From the NCBI GenBank assembly GCA_030429505.1, contig JAUIFI010000001.1, positions 600,001 to 632,000 of the forward strand: a stretch of 32,000 nt of DNA, given 5' to 3'. How positions within the stretch are numbered: position 1 is the first letter of the stretch; each line of letters opens with the position of its first letter. A program made the position numbers and the translations under genes. This DNA comes from Candidatus Saccharimonadota bacterium (lineage in GTDB: Bacteria > Patescibacteriota > Gracilibacteria > UBA4473). Of the stretch, positions 8,319 to 17,636 are shown one piece after another. The notes under the pieces were generated by a model. It worked only from the letters and a program-made list of their open reading frames with translations, was not told the DNA's origin and ran no database searches.

Positions 8319-8328
8319 TAAACGCATC

Positions 8329-9216
8329 ATGTTTAAACGAATCCTTCTTTTTCTCCTCGTCAACCTCGCCATTATCGTGGTACTTTCGGTCGTCACAAGT
8401 ATCTTTAATATCAAACCCTACATCAGTCCTTACGGACTCAACTTAACCTCTCTCTTTATCTTTGCCACCGTCATCGGCTTTACCGGCAGTTTCATCTCAC
8501 TCTTTGCCTCCAAATGGATGGCAAAACACATGATGAATATTCACATTATCAATACTCCCCGTAACCATGATGAAGCTAAAATCACGGAAACTATCTCACG
8601 CATTTCTCAACAATTAAATATCAAAATGCCAGAAGTCGGCATCTATCCTTCCCCTGAAGTCAATGCCTTTGCGACTGGACCATCCAAAAATAAATCCTTA
8701 GTAGCAGTATCAGAAGGACTCCTCAATGAAATGGACGATCACGAACTCGAAGGCGTTCTAGCACATGAGATGGCTCACATCGCCAACGGCGATATGGTCA
8801 CCATGACTCTGATTCAGGGAGTCGTCAATACTTTCGTCATCTTTGCAGCTCGAGCTGTCGCCTTTGTCGTTGGAAAACTCTTAAGCCGCGATGAAAACGT
8901 CGGATCACTCGCCTACTTCGGACTCTCCATTCTCTTTGAAATCATCTTTGGTATTCTTGCCTCTACCATCGTCTTTTGGTTCTCTCGTCGTCGTGAGTTT
9001 GCTGCTGATCGGGGCGGAGCTCAGTTTGTCGGAAAAAACAAAATGATCGCTGCACTCAAAAGACTTCAAACCCTCCAAAGTAGGATCGATACCAGACAAA
9101 AAGCCTTCGCCACCATGAAAATATCCGATAAACCAAGTGGAATTGGACTATTCTTTAGTTCTCATCCCCCACTTCAAGTCAGAATTGAAACCTTACAAAA
9201 AGCTCCTATTCATTAA
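8329..9216 (+). CDS. htpX: HtpX, M48-family membrane zinc protease
   Basis: HEMAHI zinc motif, N-terminal and central transmembrane segments, and an EFAADRGGA third-ligand region. Confidence 0.9.
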   Translation: MFKRILLFLLVNLAIIVVLSVVTSIFNIKPYISPYGLNLTSLFIFATVIGFTGSFISLFASKWMAKHMMNIHIINTPRNHDEAKITETISRISQQLNIKMPEVGIYPSPEVNAFATGPSKNKSLVAVSEGLLNEMDDHELEGVLAHEMAHIANGDMVTMTLIQGVVNTFVIFAARAVAFVVGKLLSRDENVGSLAYFGLSILFEIIFGILASTIVFWFSRRREFAADRGGAQFVGKNKMIAALKRLQTLQSRIDTRQKAFATMKISDKPSGIGLFFSSHPPLQVRIETLQKAPIH

Positions 9217-9312
9217 ACTTATACTAAAATCAAATAGGAGCGATTTATTTCATAGAACAATTATTTCTCCTCTAGTAACTTCTGTGAGAGAATCTTTGAG
9301 AAAAAATACACT

Positions 9313-10413
9313 ATGAATATTCTGCTCAGCTCCATTGCTTTGCTCATTACCTTTTATCTTATCGCCAAAGTCTGCGATGAGTATTTTGTCAAAAGCCTAG
9401 AAATCATCACCGAAAAACTCAAGATATCAGACGATGTTGCTGGAGCAACATTTATGGCCATTGGCTCCAGCGCTCCTGAACTCTTTGTAGCCATCATAGC
9501 CCTCAGTCAAGTCGGAATCGAAAGTGTCGGAACAGGAACTATCGTCGGATCAGCCATTTTCAACATTCTTGTCATCATCGGTGCCTCAGTCTGGGTAACG
9601 AAAACCTTTCTCGAATGGCGCCCAGTAGTACGAGACATAGGTTTCTATGTCCTAAGTCTCCTCGTACTTATATTCACCTTTTTCGACGGCATCATCACTA
9701 CCAAAGAAGCTCTCATCTATTTAGGACTCTATATATTCTATATTGTAACTCTCTCTCGTTGGAAAAACTGGTTTCCTTATAAAAACCAAAGAAAAGACAA
9801 ATCATTAATCGAAAAAAAACAAGAAATAGAATCCGAGCTTGAAAAAGAGTTATCAATCCTCGGAATCATTGATAAAGGAACCAATATAATTTTTTCACTC
9901 ACCTTCCCAAATCTTCAAAAACACCCCCGCCTCTATCCAATCACATTCATAATATCAATCATTTACATCGCCGCTATTAGTTGGGCTATGGTCGAGCTCG
10001 GCGTCCACATTGCCCAAGCTCTGCATATCCCACAAGCAATTATAGCTCTGACCGTACTCGCTGCCGGAACTTCAGTACCAGATTTAATATCATCAGTCAT
10101 TGCTTCAAAAAAAGGCTACGGCAATATGGCCGTCAGTAACGCCGTAGGAAGTAATACCTTTGATATTCTTATTGGACTTGGACTTCCCTGGCTCATCTAC
10201 ACTCTTTGGCATGGGAAAAGCGTTACTGTCAACAACGCAAATCTTTTATCATCTGTCGTCCTACTCCTTTCCACTGTACTATTATTTGCCTTTATCGTCA
10301 TTGGAAAAAAATTCGAACTCTCACGTCGCGAAGGTTTAATCCTGATGATCACCTACGGGCTATATCTTATTTTCGCAATCACACTTGCACTCAAACCAGA
10401 TCTAATTCCATAA
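9313..10413 (+). CDS. Ca2+/cation antiporter (CaCA, YrbG-like Na+/Ca2+ exchanger family)
   Basis: Two alpha-repeat motifs (GATFMAIGSSAPELF and LAAGTSVPDLISS) in a polytopic membrane protein. Confidence 0.85.
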   Translation: MNILLSSIALLITFYLIAKVCDEYFVKSLEIITEKLKISDDVAGATFMAIGSSAPELFVAIIALSQVGIESVGTGTIVGSAIFNILVIIGASVWVTKTFLEWRPVVRDIGFYVLSLLVLIFTFFDGIITTKEALIYLGLYIFYIVTLSRWKNWFPYKNQRKDKSLIEKKQEIESELEKELSILGIIDKGTNIIFSLTFPNLQKHPRLYPITFIISIIYIAAISWAMVELGVHIAQALHIPQAIIALTVLAAGTSVPDLISSVIASKKGYGNMAVSNAVGSNTFDILIGLGLPWLIYTLWHGKSVTVNNANLLSSVVLLLSTVLLFAFIVIGKKFELSRREGLILMITYGLYLIFAITLALKPDLIP

Positions 10414-10470
10414 GAAAGCATCTTCAAAAATATTTTTCTTGAAAAGAAATTTATTTTTTCCTTGTGCATT

Positions 10471-10498
10471 TTGTATTTTCAAATCGGTGCGGTATAAA
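10471..10498 (+). promoter_or_regulatory. Candidate promoter TTGTAT-16 nt-TATAAA ending 6 nt before the rel ATG
   Basis: TTGTAT at 10471-10476 and TATAAA at 10493-10498. The ATG is at 10505. No Shine-Dalgarno sequence. Confidence 0.4.
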
Positions 10499-10504
10499 GA
10501 AAAT

Positions 10505-12544
10505 ATGAGAGGGGAAAAAGAAAAAAACGATCAATACCAACTCAATAAAATTCTCACCGAAGTGGGAGGATATTATCCAAACTTCGGAGTCAAAGAAGAA
10601 GAACTTATAAAGAAAGCTTTTGAATATGCAAAAACAGCACACAAAAATCAACTCAGAGCTTCAGGAGCTCCTTATTTCACCCATCCATTAAAAGCGACAG
10701 AAATTCTTCTCTCTATAAAACCAGATATTGACACAATTATAGCCTGCTTACTTCATGATGTAATTGAAGACACGGAAGTAACCGGAGAGGAAGTCGCTAA
10801 AAACTTCGGACCAATAATCCGTTTTCTCTGTGAAGGAGTCGAAAAAGTATCACGAGTTCGAATAAAAAAAACCGATAAAAGCCATCTTTTTGAAAGCCTT
10901 CAGAAACTCTTTGTCGCTGTAGCTCAAGATATTCGAGTGATTTTCATCAAACTCGCAGATCGAATTCACAACCTTGAAACCCTAGAATTTCTTCCCCCAG
11001 AAAAAAGAGAACGAATTGCAAAAGAATCGCTTGAAATTTACGCTCCTGTAGCAGATAGTCTCGGGCTTTTTGACTTTCGGGTAAAAATAGAAGATCTCGC
11101 TCTCAAACATTTAGAACCAGAAGTATACAAGCAAATAAAACGCGAAATAAAAACCTATAAAAAAGAAAAAAGCAAATTTGTCGAAAAAGCCAAAAAAGAA
11201 ATTGAAGAACTTTTTGGAAAAGAAAATTTCTCCATACTCCAACTAGCAGGACGAGAAAAAAATTTCATGTCTATCTACAAAAAACTAAAGCGAAAAAACC
11301 TAACTTCAGCATTAGAACTGTACGATATTTTTGGCTTCAGAGTCATCGTAAAAAACAAAGAAGATTGTTACAAGGCATTAGGAATTTTACATTCGCAATG
11401 GAGACCTATGCCCGGAAGATTCAAAGATTATATCGCTGTTCCAAAAACAAATGGGTATCAAAGCCTACACACTACTTTATTAGGCATAGCTTCCAGCCAC
11501 ACTCCCATAGAAATCCAGATAAGAACCGCCATGATGCACATAGATGCCCAATTTGGACCAGCTGCTCATTGGGCTTATAAAAAAACTGGACACTCTCACT
11601 TTGACCAAGCATACCTCCAAAAAACACAATGGTTTCCTCAAAGTATTCCTACAGAAAGAGAAAAATCACCTCAACAATTTTTCAAAGAAATATCAGAGAA
11701 TATCCTGACAGACAGAATGTTTGTATTTACCAGAACTGGAGATATAAAAATTCTACCAAGAGGATCTACGCCCGTTGATTTTGCTTATAGTGTCCATACA
11801 GAAATCGGAAATACATGTGTAGGAGCAAGAGTGAATGGCATAATTAAACCTCTAGACTACCAGCTCAGACAAGGAGATGTTATCGAAATTCTGACCAGAA
11901 CAGGCCGACACCCCAATCCCGCCTGGCTAGACTTTGTAAAGTCATCTCAAGCCAAAAGTCACATTCGCCACTATCTCAACAAGCATCAAGATCCTATAGA
12001 CTCGCTCGCTACTGGGTTTATCGAAAGGAAACAATCTCCTACCTCCCCAAAGAAAAAACAAAAAAAAGAATATACCTCAACTCTCATAGAACAAAAGCCT
12101 CTCAAAGATTTTAGCGTTATTATTGGTGGGGAAGATAATCTTCCTTATCGATTCGCCAAATGCTGTAATCCAAAACCCGGTCAAGACATCATTGCCTACA
12201 ATTCTAGAGGACTTGAATTTATCGTCTATGAAGCCAATGCAAAAGAAGTTCAAGAACTCGATCCCGAAAGGCTCTATGAAGCCCACTTTGTCCTTCGAAA
12301 AAAATTCCGCATCACCGCCAGGGATCGATATGGATTGATGAGAGACTACACATCCATAATATTTGACCGAGGCATATTTATCTGGGATGCACGAGTATCC
12401 CGAAAAACTCCCAAAATCGCAGTCAATACCTTCACCGTCAACGTTACCTCTACTAAAGAATTCCACGAACTCCTTGAAAGAATAAAAAAAATCCCCAACG
12501 TTATCTCCGTCGAAGAAGTAAAACCCAAAACAAAAAAATCTTAA
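10505..12544 (+). CDS. rel: Bifunctional (p)ppGpp synthetase/hydrolase (long RelA/SpoT homologue)
   Basis: HD hydrolase motifs (HPLKATEIL, LLHDVIEDT). Synthetase motifs (GREKNFMSIYKKLKRK, DIFGFRVIV, YQSLHTT). A TGS domain (VFTRTGDIKILPRGSTPVDFAY...) and an ACT-like C-terminus. I prefer the ATG at 10505 over the TTG at 10439. Confidence 0.9.
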   Translation: MRGEKEKNDQYQLNKILTEVGGYYPNFGVKEEELIKKAFEYAKTAHKNQLRASGAPYFTHPLKATEILLSIKPDIDTIIACLLHDVIEDTEVTGEEVAKNFGPIIRFLCEGVEKVSRVRIKKTDKSHLFESLQKLFVAVAQDIRVIFIKLADRIHNLETLEFLPPEKRERIAKESLEIYAPVADSLGLFDFRVKIEDLALKHLEPEVYKQIKREIKTYKKEKSKFVEKAKKEIEELFGKENFSILQLAGREKNFMSIYKKLKRKNLTSALELYDIFGFRVIVKNKEDCYKALGILHSQWRPMPGRFKDYIAVPKTNGYQSLHTTLLGIASSHTPIEIQIRTAMMHIDAQFGPAAHWAYKKTGHSHFDQAYLQKTQWFPQSIPTEREKSPQQFFKEISENILTDRMFVFTRTGDIKILPRGSTPVDFAYSVHTEIGNTCVGARVNGIIKPLDYQLRQGDVIEILTRTGRHPNPAWLDFVKSSQAKSHIRHYLNKHQDPIDSLATGFIERKQSPTSPKKKQKKEYTSTLIEQKPLKDFSVIIGGEDNLPYRFAKCCNPKPGQDIIAYNSRGLEFIVYEANAKEVQELDPERLYEAHFVLRKKFRITARDRYGLMRDYTSIIFDRGIFIWDARVSRKTPKIAVNTFTVNVTSTKEFHELLERIKKIPNVISVEEVKPKTKKS

Positions 12545-12618
12545 AGAAAAACCATCAATCTCAATTATATAGGTATTCGCTTTACGTTTTTTTATTTTCA
12601 AGATACATTTTTATCGCT

Positions 12619-14001
12619 ATGAAAAAACTACAATACAGCGTCCTTGGAATTGCTTTTCTCTTTTCAACTGTTCACGCAATATCCCTGCCAACAGAAAATA
12701 CAAAAGTCGAAACGAGCCGAGGATTTTTTCGCGTACTGGTTAGTGCCGTTGGAGAGTGGCAAAGTTTAAAAGAACAGGAGACAGCAAAAAAAGTAAGTTT
12801 AGCCTACGAAGAAAATCTAAATTTTCCCAGCCTCAAAGAGATAGAACGCCTTAATAAAGAAATAGATGAGAAAGAACATGATTTGGAAGTATTACAAAAC
12901 CAGTACATGCAACTCGATGAAGAAAATGAAGAAAAAGTTTTTCTAGAATCCATTCGAACAACACAAGCAGAGCTTGAAAATCTAAAGATCGAAAGAAAAA
13001 ACTATGAAACAACCTACAACACCAGAAAAGAAAAACAACAATCCAATCTAAAACTTCTCAAAGAAGATTTAGAATCTCTGAGAGAGGATATTGAAAAGCA
13101 AAAGGAGTTAATTAGAACTCACGTATCAAGATCAGCTATCAACATTTTCTTTATTGTTGGCATTATTATCCTCCTTTTAGGACTTCGATTTATATCATCA
13201 CGAATCATTTTGCGTTTCTTTTCTGATCAGACAAGCAAACGTCAAACAATGCTCCTGAATCTCAATCGAATTATTTTTAATCTCATCATTGCCTTCGTGG
13301 TACTAGGGATAATATCATCTCAATTTATCAGTCTACTTCCGTTTTTGGCTTTGATTGGAACAGGGGTAGCCTTTGCCATACGTGATGTTTTATCTTCCTT
13401 TATCGGCTGGTTCGTTATTGGAACCGATCGTGGCTATAAAGTAGGACATATCATTCAGGTAGGAAAAGCTTACGGGGTAGTTCAAGAAATAGGTCCTTTT
13501 TTGACCGTACTGAGAGATTTAAATGATGGCTATGAAACAGGAAAAACTATTACTTTCCCAAATAAAGTAGTATTTGAAGAAGAAGTAATAAATCTCTCAA
13601 AATGTTCCAGCTTTGTTCAACATGAAATTTCCTTCCTGATCACAGAAAACTCCGATATAAAAACTGCACAATCCACGTTATTGGACTTAATTCAAAAAGA
13701 AATAGATCATCTGAATAAAGAGCAACAAAAAACTTCCAATAAATTTCTTCGCTGTAATCTTTCAGAAGAAGATCAAAAAACTTTTGTCTGGATCGATATA
13801 TCTGAGCATGGGATTGTTTTGAATGGACGATTTCTTGCCAATAACAAAGAAGGGTTCCAAATCAAACGAAATCTTGAAGAAAAATTCTGGTACGAAGCAA
13901 AACATTCAGACAAGTTTAGCTTTCATTTTATCGATACAGGAAGAAATCAGAAAAATACAAAAAAGAACAAAACAGATCGTGATCACGATCATTTTCACTA
14001 A
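12619..14001 (+). CDS. MscS-family mechanosensitive channel with a signal peptide and a long N-terminal coiled-coil region
   Basis: The pore and beta-domain text GTGVAFAIRDVLSSFIGWFVIG...YKVGHIIQVGKAYGVVQEIGPFLTVLRD is typical of MscS. The N-terminal ~170 aa are E/K-rich heptad-like sequence following MKKLQYSVLGIAFLFSTVHA. Confidence 0.8.
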   Translation: MKKLQYSVLGIAFLFSTVHAISLPTENTKVETSRGFFRVLVSAVGEWQSLKEQETAKKVSLAYEENLNFPSLKEIERLNKEIDEKEHDLEVLQNQYMQLDEENEEKVFLESIRTTQAELENLKIERKNYETTYNTRKEKQQSNLKLLKEDLESLREDIEKQKELIRTHVSRSAINIFFIVGIIILLLGLRFISSRIILRFFSDQTSKRQTMLLNLNRIIFNLIIAFVVLGIISSQFISLLPFLALIGTGVAFAIRDVLSSFIGWFVIGTDRGYKVGHIIQVGKAYGVVQEIGPFLTVLRDLNDGYETGKTITFPNKVVFEEEVINLSKCSSFVQHEISFLITENSDIKTAQSTLLDLIQKEIDHLNKEQQKTSNKFLRCNLSEEDQKTFVWIDISEHGIVLNGRFLANNKEGFQIKRNLEEKFWYEAKHSDKFSFHFIDTGRNQKNTKKNKTDRDHDHFH

Positions 14002-14010
14002 ACAGTCTCT

Positions 14011-15066
14011 ATGAAACAACTCATCTCTCGTACATCTCAAAAGGCAGGCCTCGCTCCCGGTTCTCTCATTTATACCGGAGCTGAAACGGGGAAGTCAACA
14101 AAACTGATTTTAACTGACTACACAAAAACGAAAATAAAAACTAAGGTAGTTCGAAAAATAGAAGAACTCAAATCTGCTTTAGATCATAAGACGAACACCT
14201 GGATTCGGGTAGAGGGTTTATGTGACACAACTGCTCTGAAAGAATTTTCTGATTTTTTCAATCTTCATTCTTTGGTGTTGGAGGATATTGTAAACATCCA
14301 CCAACGTCCAAAGGTAGAAATACTTGAACACTATAGTTTTATAACACTCAAGTTTTTATCTACCATAGACAAAGATAAAATTATATTTCAGCAAATCAGT
14401 TTTATCATAGGAAAATCATTCATTATTTCCTTTCATGACGGTGATTCTTCATACTTTGAACCTCTAGAAAAAAGACTCCTCAACGAAAAAAGCCGTCTCC
14501 GCCAAAAAGACACATTTTACCTCTCATATGCGTTACTGGATTTCATCGTTGATCATTATTTTTTGGTGTTAGAACACATAGGAGAAACAATAGAAAAATT
14601 AGATCACAGTATTTCCAAACAACAATCACAAAAATCCCTCAAACAACTCCACATAGTGCGAAACGAATTATTATCTTTCCGTAAAGCAACAATTCCAGTT
14701 TTTGACATATTAGGAAAATTTAAAGACATCGTACCTGATTCTGATAAATTGGATATTTACTGGCAAGATCTACGCGACCATATCACTCAAATCAATGAGT
14801 TAAGTAAGACCTATTTAGATATAGTCGACGGAATGTTTAATCTTTACTTTTCTTTACTCAGTGCCCAAACCAACCGCGTTATGCAAACCCTTACCGTCAT
14901 TACCCTCATTTTTCTTCCACTTTCACTCATTGCTGGAATTTATGGCATGAACTTTCACTATATGCCAGAACTGGAATGGAAGTGGGGATATTTTTTAATC
15001 CTGTTTGTTATGGGATTTTTAGCTTGTGGCATCGTACTATGGCTTAAACGAAAAAAATGGTTTTAA
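14011..15066 (+). CDS. corA: CorA magnesium/cobalt transporter
   Basis: YGMNF signature between two C-terminal transmembrane helices, with the typical length and N-terminal cytoplasmic domain. Confidence 0.9.
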   Translation: MKQLISRTSQKAGLAPGSLIYTGAETGKSTKLILTDYTKTKIKTKVVRKIEELKSALDHKTNTWIRVEGLCDTTALKEFSDFFNLHSLVLEDIVNIHQRPKVEILEHYSFITLKFLSTIDKDKIIFQQISFIIGKSFIISFHDGDSSYFEPLEKRLLNEKSRLRQKDTFYLSYALLDFIVDHYFLVLEHIGETIEKLDHSISKQQSQKSLKQLHIVRNELLSFRKATIPVFDILGKFKDIVPDSDKLDIYWQDLRDHITQINELSKTYLDIVDGMFNLYFSLLSAQTNRVMQTLTVITLIFLPLSLIAGIYGMNFHYMPELEWKWGYFLILFVMGFLACGIVLWLKRKKWF

Positions 15067-15124
15067 AATATTTGACAAAAAAAAGAGAAAAGAAGATAAG
15101 CTGGACAAACTGATAACTTCTTTA

Positions 15125-15514
15125 ATGAAAATTTTCACCACCCTACTCCTTTCAATGGCACTATTGGGGTGTACCCAAAATCAGATTTCTCAAAAACCAA
15201 ATACTGACGAGAACTCTTCACAAACACTCGAACAAAAAATAAATGAACTTTCAAAAGATATTTTAGAAGTTCAATTAAAACTAGCAGAAAAAGACAGAGA
15301 GGCATTATATGAACTCGATACAAGTCTTGATCTTCTTCAAGAAAACATTCGAACTCAAGAAGAAGTACTAGTCGACACTCAAAAAGACATAGAAAACCTA
15401 TCAATTCAAATCCAAGAAATCTCAGAAGCCCTGCAAAACAGAATCACCCCTCATTCGGAATCAGAGATGATTCACGATTTTGAAGAGTCTTTAAACATCC
15501 TTCAACCTCAATAA
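15125..15514 (+). CDS. Small coiled-coil lipoprotein
   Basis: MKIFTTLLLSMALLGC contains a lipobox (LLGC). The rest is E/Q/L-rich coiled-coil-like sequence. The ORF-track start at 15026 overlaps corA and is unlikely. Confidence 0.6.
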   Translation: MKIFTTLLLSMALLGCTQNQISQKPNTDENSSQTLEQKINELSKDILEVQLKLAEKDREALYELDTSLDLLQENIRTQEEVLVDTQKDIENLSIQIQEISEALQNRITPHSESEMIHDFEESLNILQPQ

Positions 15515-15523
15515 CCTTTTTTC

Positions 15524-16330
15524 ATGCGCCACATTTTTCTCAGCTCCGGTTTACTCATTCTTACAGTTTTTTCAGCAACTAGTTTTGCTCAAAATCCATC
15601 CGCAAAAGAGTACTTAAAACGTCGTCAAGAAATTAGAACTAAAATCATATCACTACAGACAGATCTCAAAGAATTAAGATCGCATCCCGCAAGTGAAAAC
15701 GAAAGAGAACGAAACGCAACAAAGAAAAAACTTCTACAACAAGAAATGGAACGACTCACAAATCGGATCGAATACGCCAGAACGAGACTTATGAAAGCCG
15801 ACCACATTAGTAAAGAAGAAAAAAACAGAGTTCTCTCTGATATAGAGACCACAAAAGCGTGGATAGAAGAGCTAAATAAAGCCATTTCAAAAATAAATCC
15901 CCAAGAACCAAAAAGTCGAGAGAATTTACAAAAACTTACTGAACGCATTCAAAAAGAATGGGAAGAACGACAAAAAGTAAAATTCCGTCGCACCATAGGA
16001 CAAAGCCGAATTTTAGGAGCAGAAGAATTAACCGAAAAAGCAGGTGACCTTATAAAAAATTTAGAACAAGAGCTATCTACACTCGAAAGAAAAGGAATCG
16101 ACACACAAAACATTCGAAATGAAATAGAAGAAGCTAAAAACCAGTTTTCTATGGCAAAGGAAAAACAAAAGTTAGCCTTGGAAGGGTACAAAAATATTGA
16201 CCCTGAAAAAAAATCCGAAGACCTAATTACTCAAGCTCAAAAATATTTAGAAGAGTCTTACGTAAATCTACAAAAAATAGAACGTACTGCACAAAGCACA
16301 AGCCGTATAATCAAAAGCTTGAAAAAATAG
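15524..16330 (+). CDS. Secreted K/E/R-rich coiled-coil protein
   Basis: Signal peptide MRHIFLSSGLLILTVFSATSFAQ, followed by ~240 aa of charged helical sequence. I recognise no family. Confidence 0.55.
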   Translation: MRHIFLSSGLLILTVFSATSFAQNPSAKEYLKRRQEIRTKIISLQTDLKELRSHPASENERERNATKKKLLQQEMERLTNRIEYARTRLMKADHISKEEKNRVLSDIETTKAWIEELNKAISKINPQEPKSRENLQKLTERIQKEWEERQKVKFRRTIGQSRILGAEELTEKAGDLIKNLEQELSTLERKGIDTQNIRNEIEEAKNQFSMAKEKQKLALEGYKNIDPEKKSEDLITQAQKYLEESYVNLQKIERTAQSTSRIIKSLKK

Positions 16331-16339
16331 AGAAGAACT

Positions 16340-16855
16340 CTATTCTTCAGAATCATTATCACTCCCTTTGAGAGCTTTCAGTCTTTTCTCGATAATAGAG
16401 AGATATCTGTCTGGCTGAGAAATATTTGTCAGACACACATCATATTTCTGAGCCATGATGTATAGTTCTACATGAATCGTTCCGAAGCCAAAAATTCTCC
16501 CCCAAAATCCTTGATTCATTCTTAATGTCTCAACTTTTCTCAAAGAGAAATAGCGTGTCTGTTGAAAAACTATTCCTTGATGAATGATTATCTTTTCAGA
16601 GGTAATATCATAGGAATGAAAAAACCACTTTAACAATATAAAAAGACCAAAGAAAAATTTTACAGACTGAATAAAAAGAAATATAAGGATCCCTCCGGAT
16701 TTGAGAGGAGTAGGACTGTAATCATTTAGGATAAAAAGGAGTACCGCATAAAGTAATACAAAAACTATCTCCAAAACAACTATCTTAAAAATCACCACAG
16801 GCAAAGCAGATCTGACCGTGAGTTCAAGTGTTGGAGAAAGTTTATCTTCAGACAT
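16340..16855 (-). CDS. Membrane protein with a bacterial PH domain (YdbS/YdbT-like, bPH_2)
   Basis: Two N-terminal transmembrane helices, then SYDITSEKIIIHQGIVFQQTRYFSLRKVETLRMNQGFWGRIFGFGTIHVE, the typical bPH_2 pattern. Confidence 0.65.
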   Translation of the reverse strand: MSEDKLSPTLELTVRSALPVVIFKIVVLEIVFVLLYAVLLFILNDYSPTPLKSGGILIFLFIQSVKFFFGLFILLKWFFHSYDITSEKIIIHQGIVFQQTRYFSLRKVETLRMNQGFWGRIFGFGTIHVELYIMAQKYDVCLTNISQPDRYLSIIEKRLKALKGSDNDSEE

Positions 16856-17153
16856 TTAGTATTTATCTACCCTAGAATACTCGCAACACCTTCATTTGAA
16901 AAGTCCTAAAAGCAAATTTAGTCTTCATTCAGAAAAAAAGAAGATTTTTTATATCTGAAATAATTCTATACGGATTACCTTTTTCAAGAGTCTCTCTGAG
17001 ATGAATACCATATAGTTTCAAGTTGTCATTTACATTGTACGTAAAATTTCTTAGAAATATAGTTGATTTTTATTAAAAATAAATTAAAAAAAGAACGCTC
17101 ATTTACATTAAACAAATCAGAAGGAGTTGTTTTCCAGTCAATTATTTTTATTT

Positions 17154-17183
17154 TAACTGTAAGGATTTTAACTGTAAGGATTT
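17154..17183 (+). repeat. Perfect tandem duplication, 2 x 15 bp (taactgtaaggattt), ending 3 nt before the ATG at 17187
   Basis: Copy 1 is 17154-17168 and copy 2 is 17169-17183, and they are identical. Each copy carries an AAGGA Shine-Dalgarno-like core. The second core lies 6 nt upstream of the start codon. Confidence 0.9.
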
Positions 17184-17186
17184 GAA

Positions 17187-17540
17187 ATGAAACGTCGACT
17201 TTTTACAATCATAGCTCTTGTAGCTATGCTTTTCACGTTTTCTGAAGCAGCGGCACAGGACGTGTGTCGTTTCGAAAAGGGTCAGATAGTCCCTGGAGGG
17301 GGAGAATGTACTGCCCCCTTCACCGAAGCTATCCACGTCAAAGAAATACAAGAAGATGCGACGGGCAACATAACTGTCATAGGATCGCGCCAAGGAGGAA
17401 CCATAGTTCACTTAATCGGCTGCACCAACGACACCTGGACCGTGGTAATCACGGCGATGGGTCTGGAGCCGATTGAGTGGGATGAATACGGAAATATTGT
17501 GGCCGTTACAATGCCCATGCCCATCTATTGGCAAGAATAG
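17187..17540 (+). CDS. Small secreted hypothetical protein (117 aa) of atypically high GC
   Basis: Signal peptide MKRRLFTIIALVAMLFTFSEAAAQ. One of the few genes here with an SD-like AAGGA. A strong intrinsic terminator follows. My hand count gives about 51% GC over 17221-17520. Shorter overlapping ORFs (17148-17411 minus strand, 17264-17476 plus strand) are less plausible. Confidence 0.6.
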   Translation: MKRRLFTIIALVAMLFTFSEAAAQDVCRFEKGQIVPGGGECTAPFTEAIHVKEIQEDATGNITVIGSRQGGTIVHLIGCTNDTWTVVITAMGLEPIEWDEYGNIVAVTMPMPIYWQE

Positions 17541-17598
17541 TGATGTTATGAGCTATTTGAGCAAGTTTTTCCTCTCGGGATGAAACTTCTCTGGTAAA

Positions 17599-17636
17599 CT
17601 CCTCACTCGTTTATACGAGTGGGGAGTATTTTTTTA
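17599..17636 (+). terminator. Rho-independent terminator
   Basis: An 11-bp stem, CTCCTCACTCG (17599-17609) paired with CGAGTGGGGAG (17616-17626), with one G-U pair and a 6-nt loop. TATTTTTTTAT follows. Confidence 0.8.

Noticed and set aside
12077-12601. A 174-aa ORF antisense to the 3' part of rel. The same applies to the 209-aa antisense ORF at 21536-22165, which spans the radA end and the FKBP start.
   Set aside because: Both lie opposite well-supported conserved genes. Their translations are low-complexity (F/I/G/S-rich) with no recognisable motifs, and no promoter or start context is evident. They are the expected by-products of skewed composition.
16939-16953. The 15-mer agaagattttttata is shared exactly between 16939-16953 and the S10 promoter region at 28889-28903. 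This could have been a common regulatory motif.
   Set aside because: The string is low-complexity (12 of 15 positions are A or T). My rough estimate for this base composition and 32 kb gives about one or more such matches by chance. I see no further flanking similarity.
17026-17109. The 11-mer tcatttacatt is repeated at 17026-17036 and 17099-17109 in the AT-rich gap. Each copy contains a TTTACA -35-like hexamer.
   Set aside because: No acceptable -10 box sits 16-18 nt downstream of either copy, and an 11-mer repeat in AT-rich DNA is within chance expectation. I keep it only as context for the gap finding.
17121-17156. A strong SD-like AAGGAG at 17121-17126 followed by a TTG-initiated 9-codon mini-ORF (17127-17156), a possible leader peptide.
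   Set aside because: The TTG abuts the SD with no spacing, which is incompatible with SD-directed initiation. The peptide (MFSSQLFLF) shows no regulatory codon pattern.
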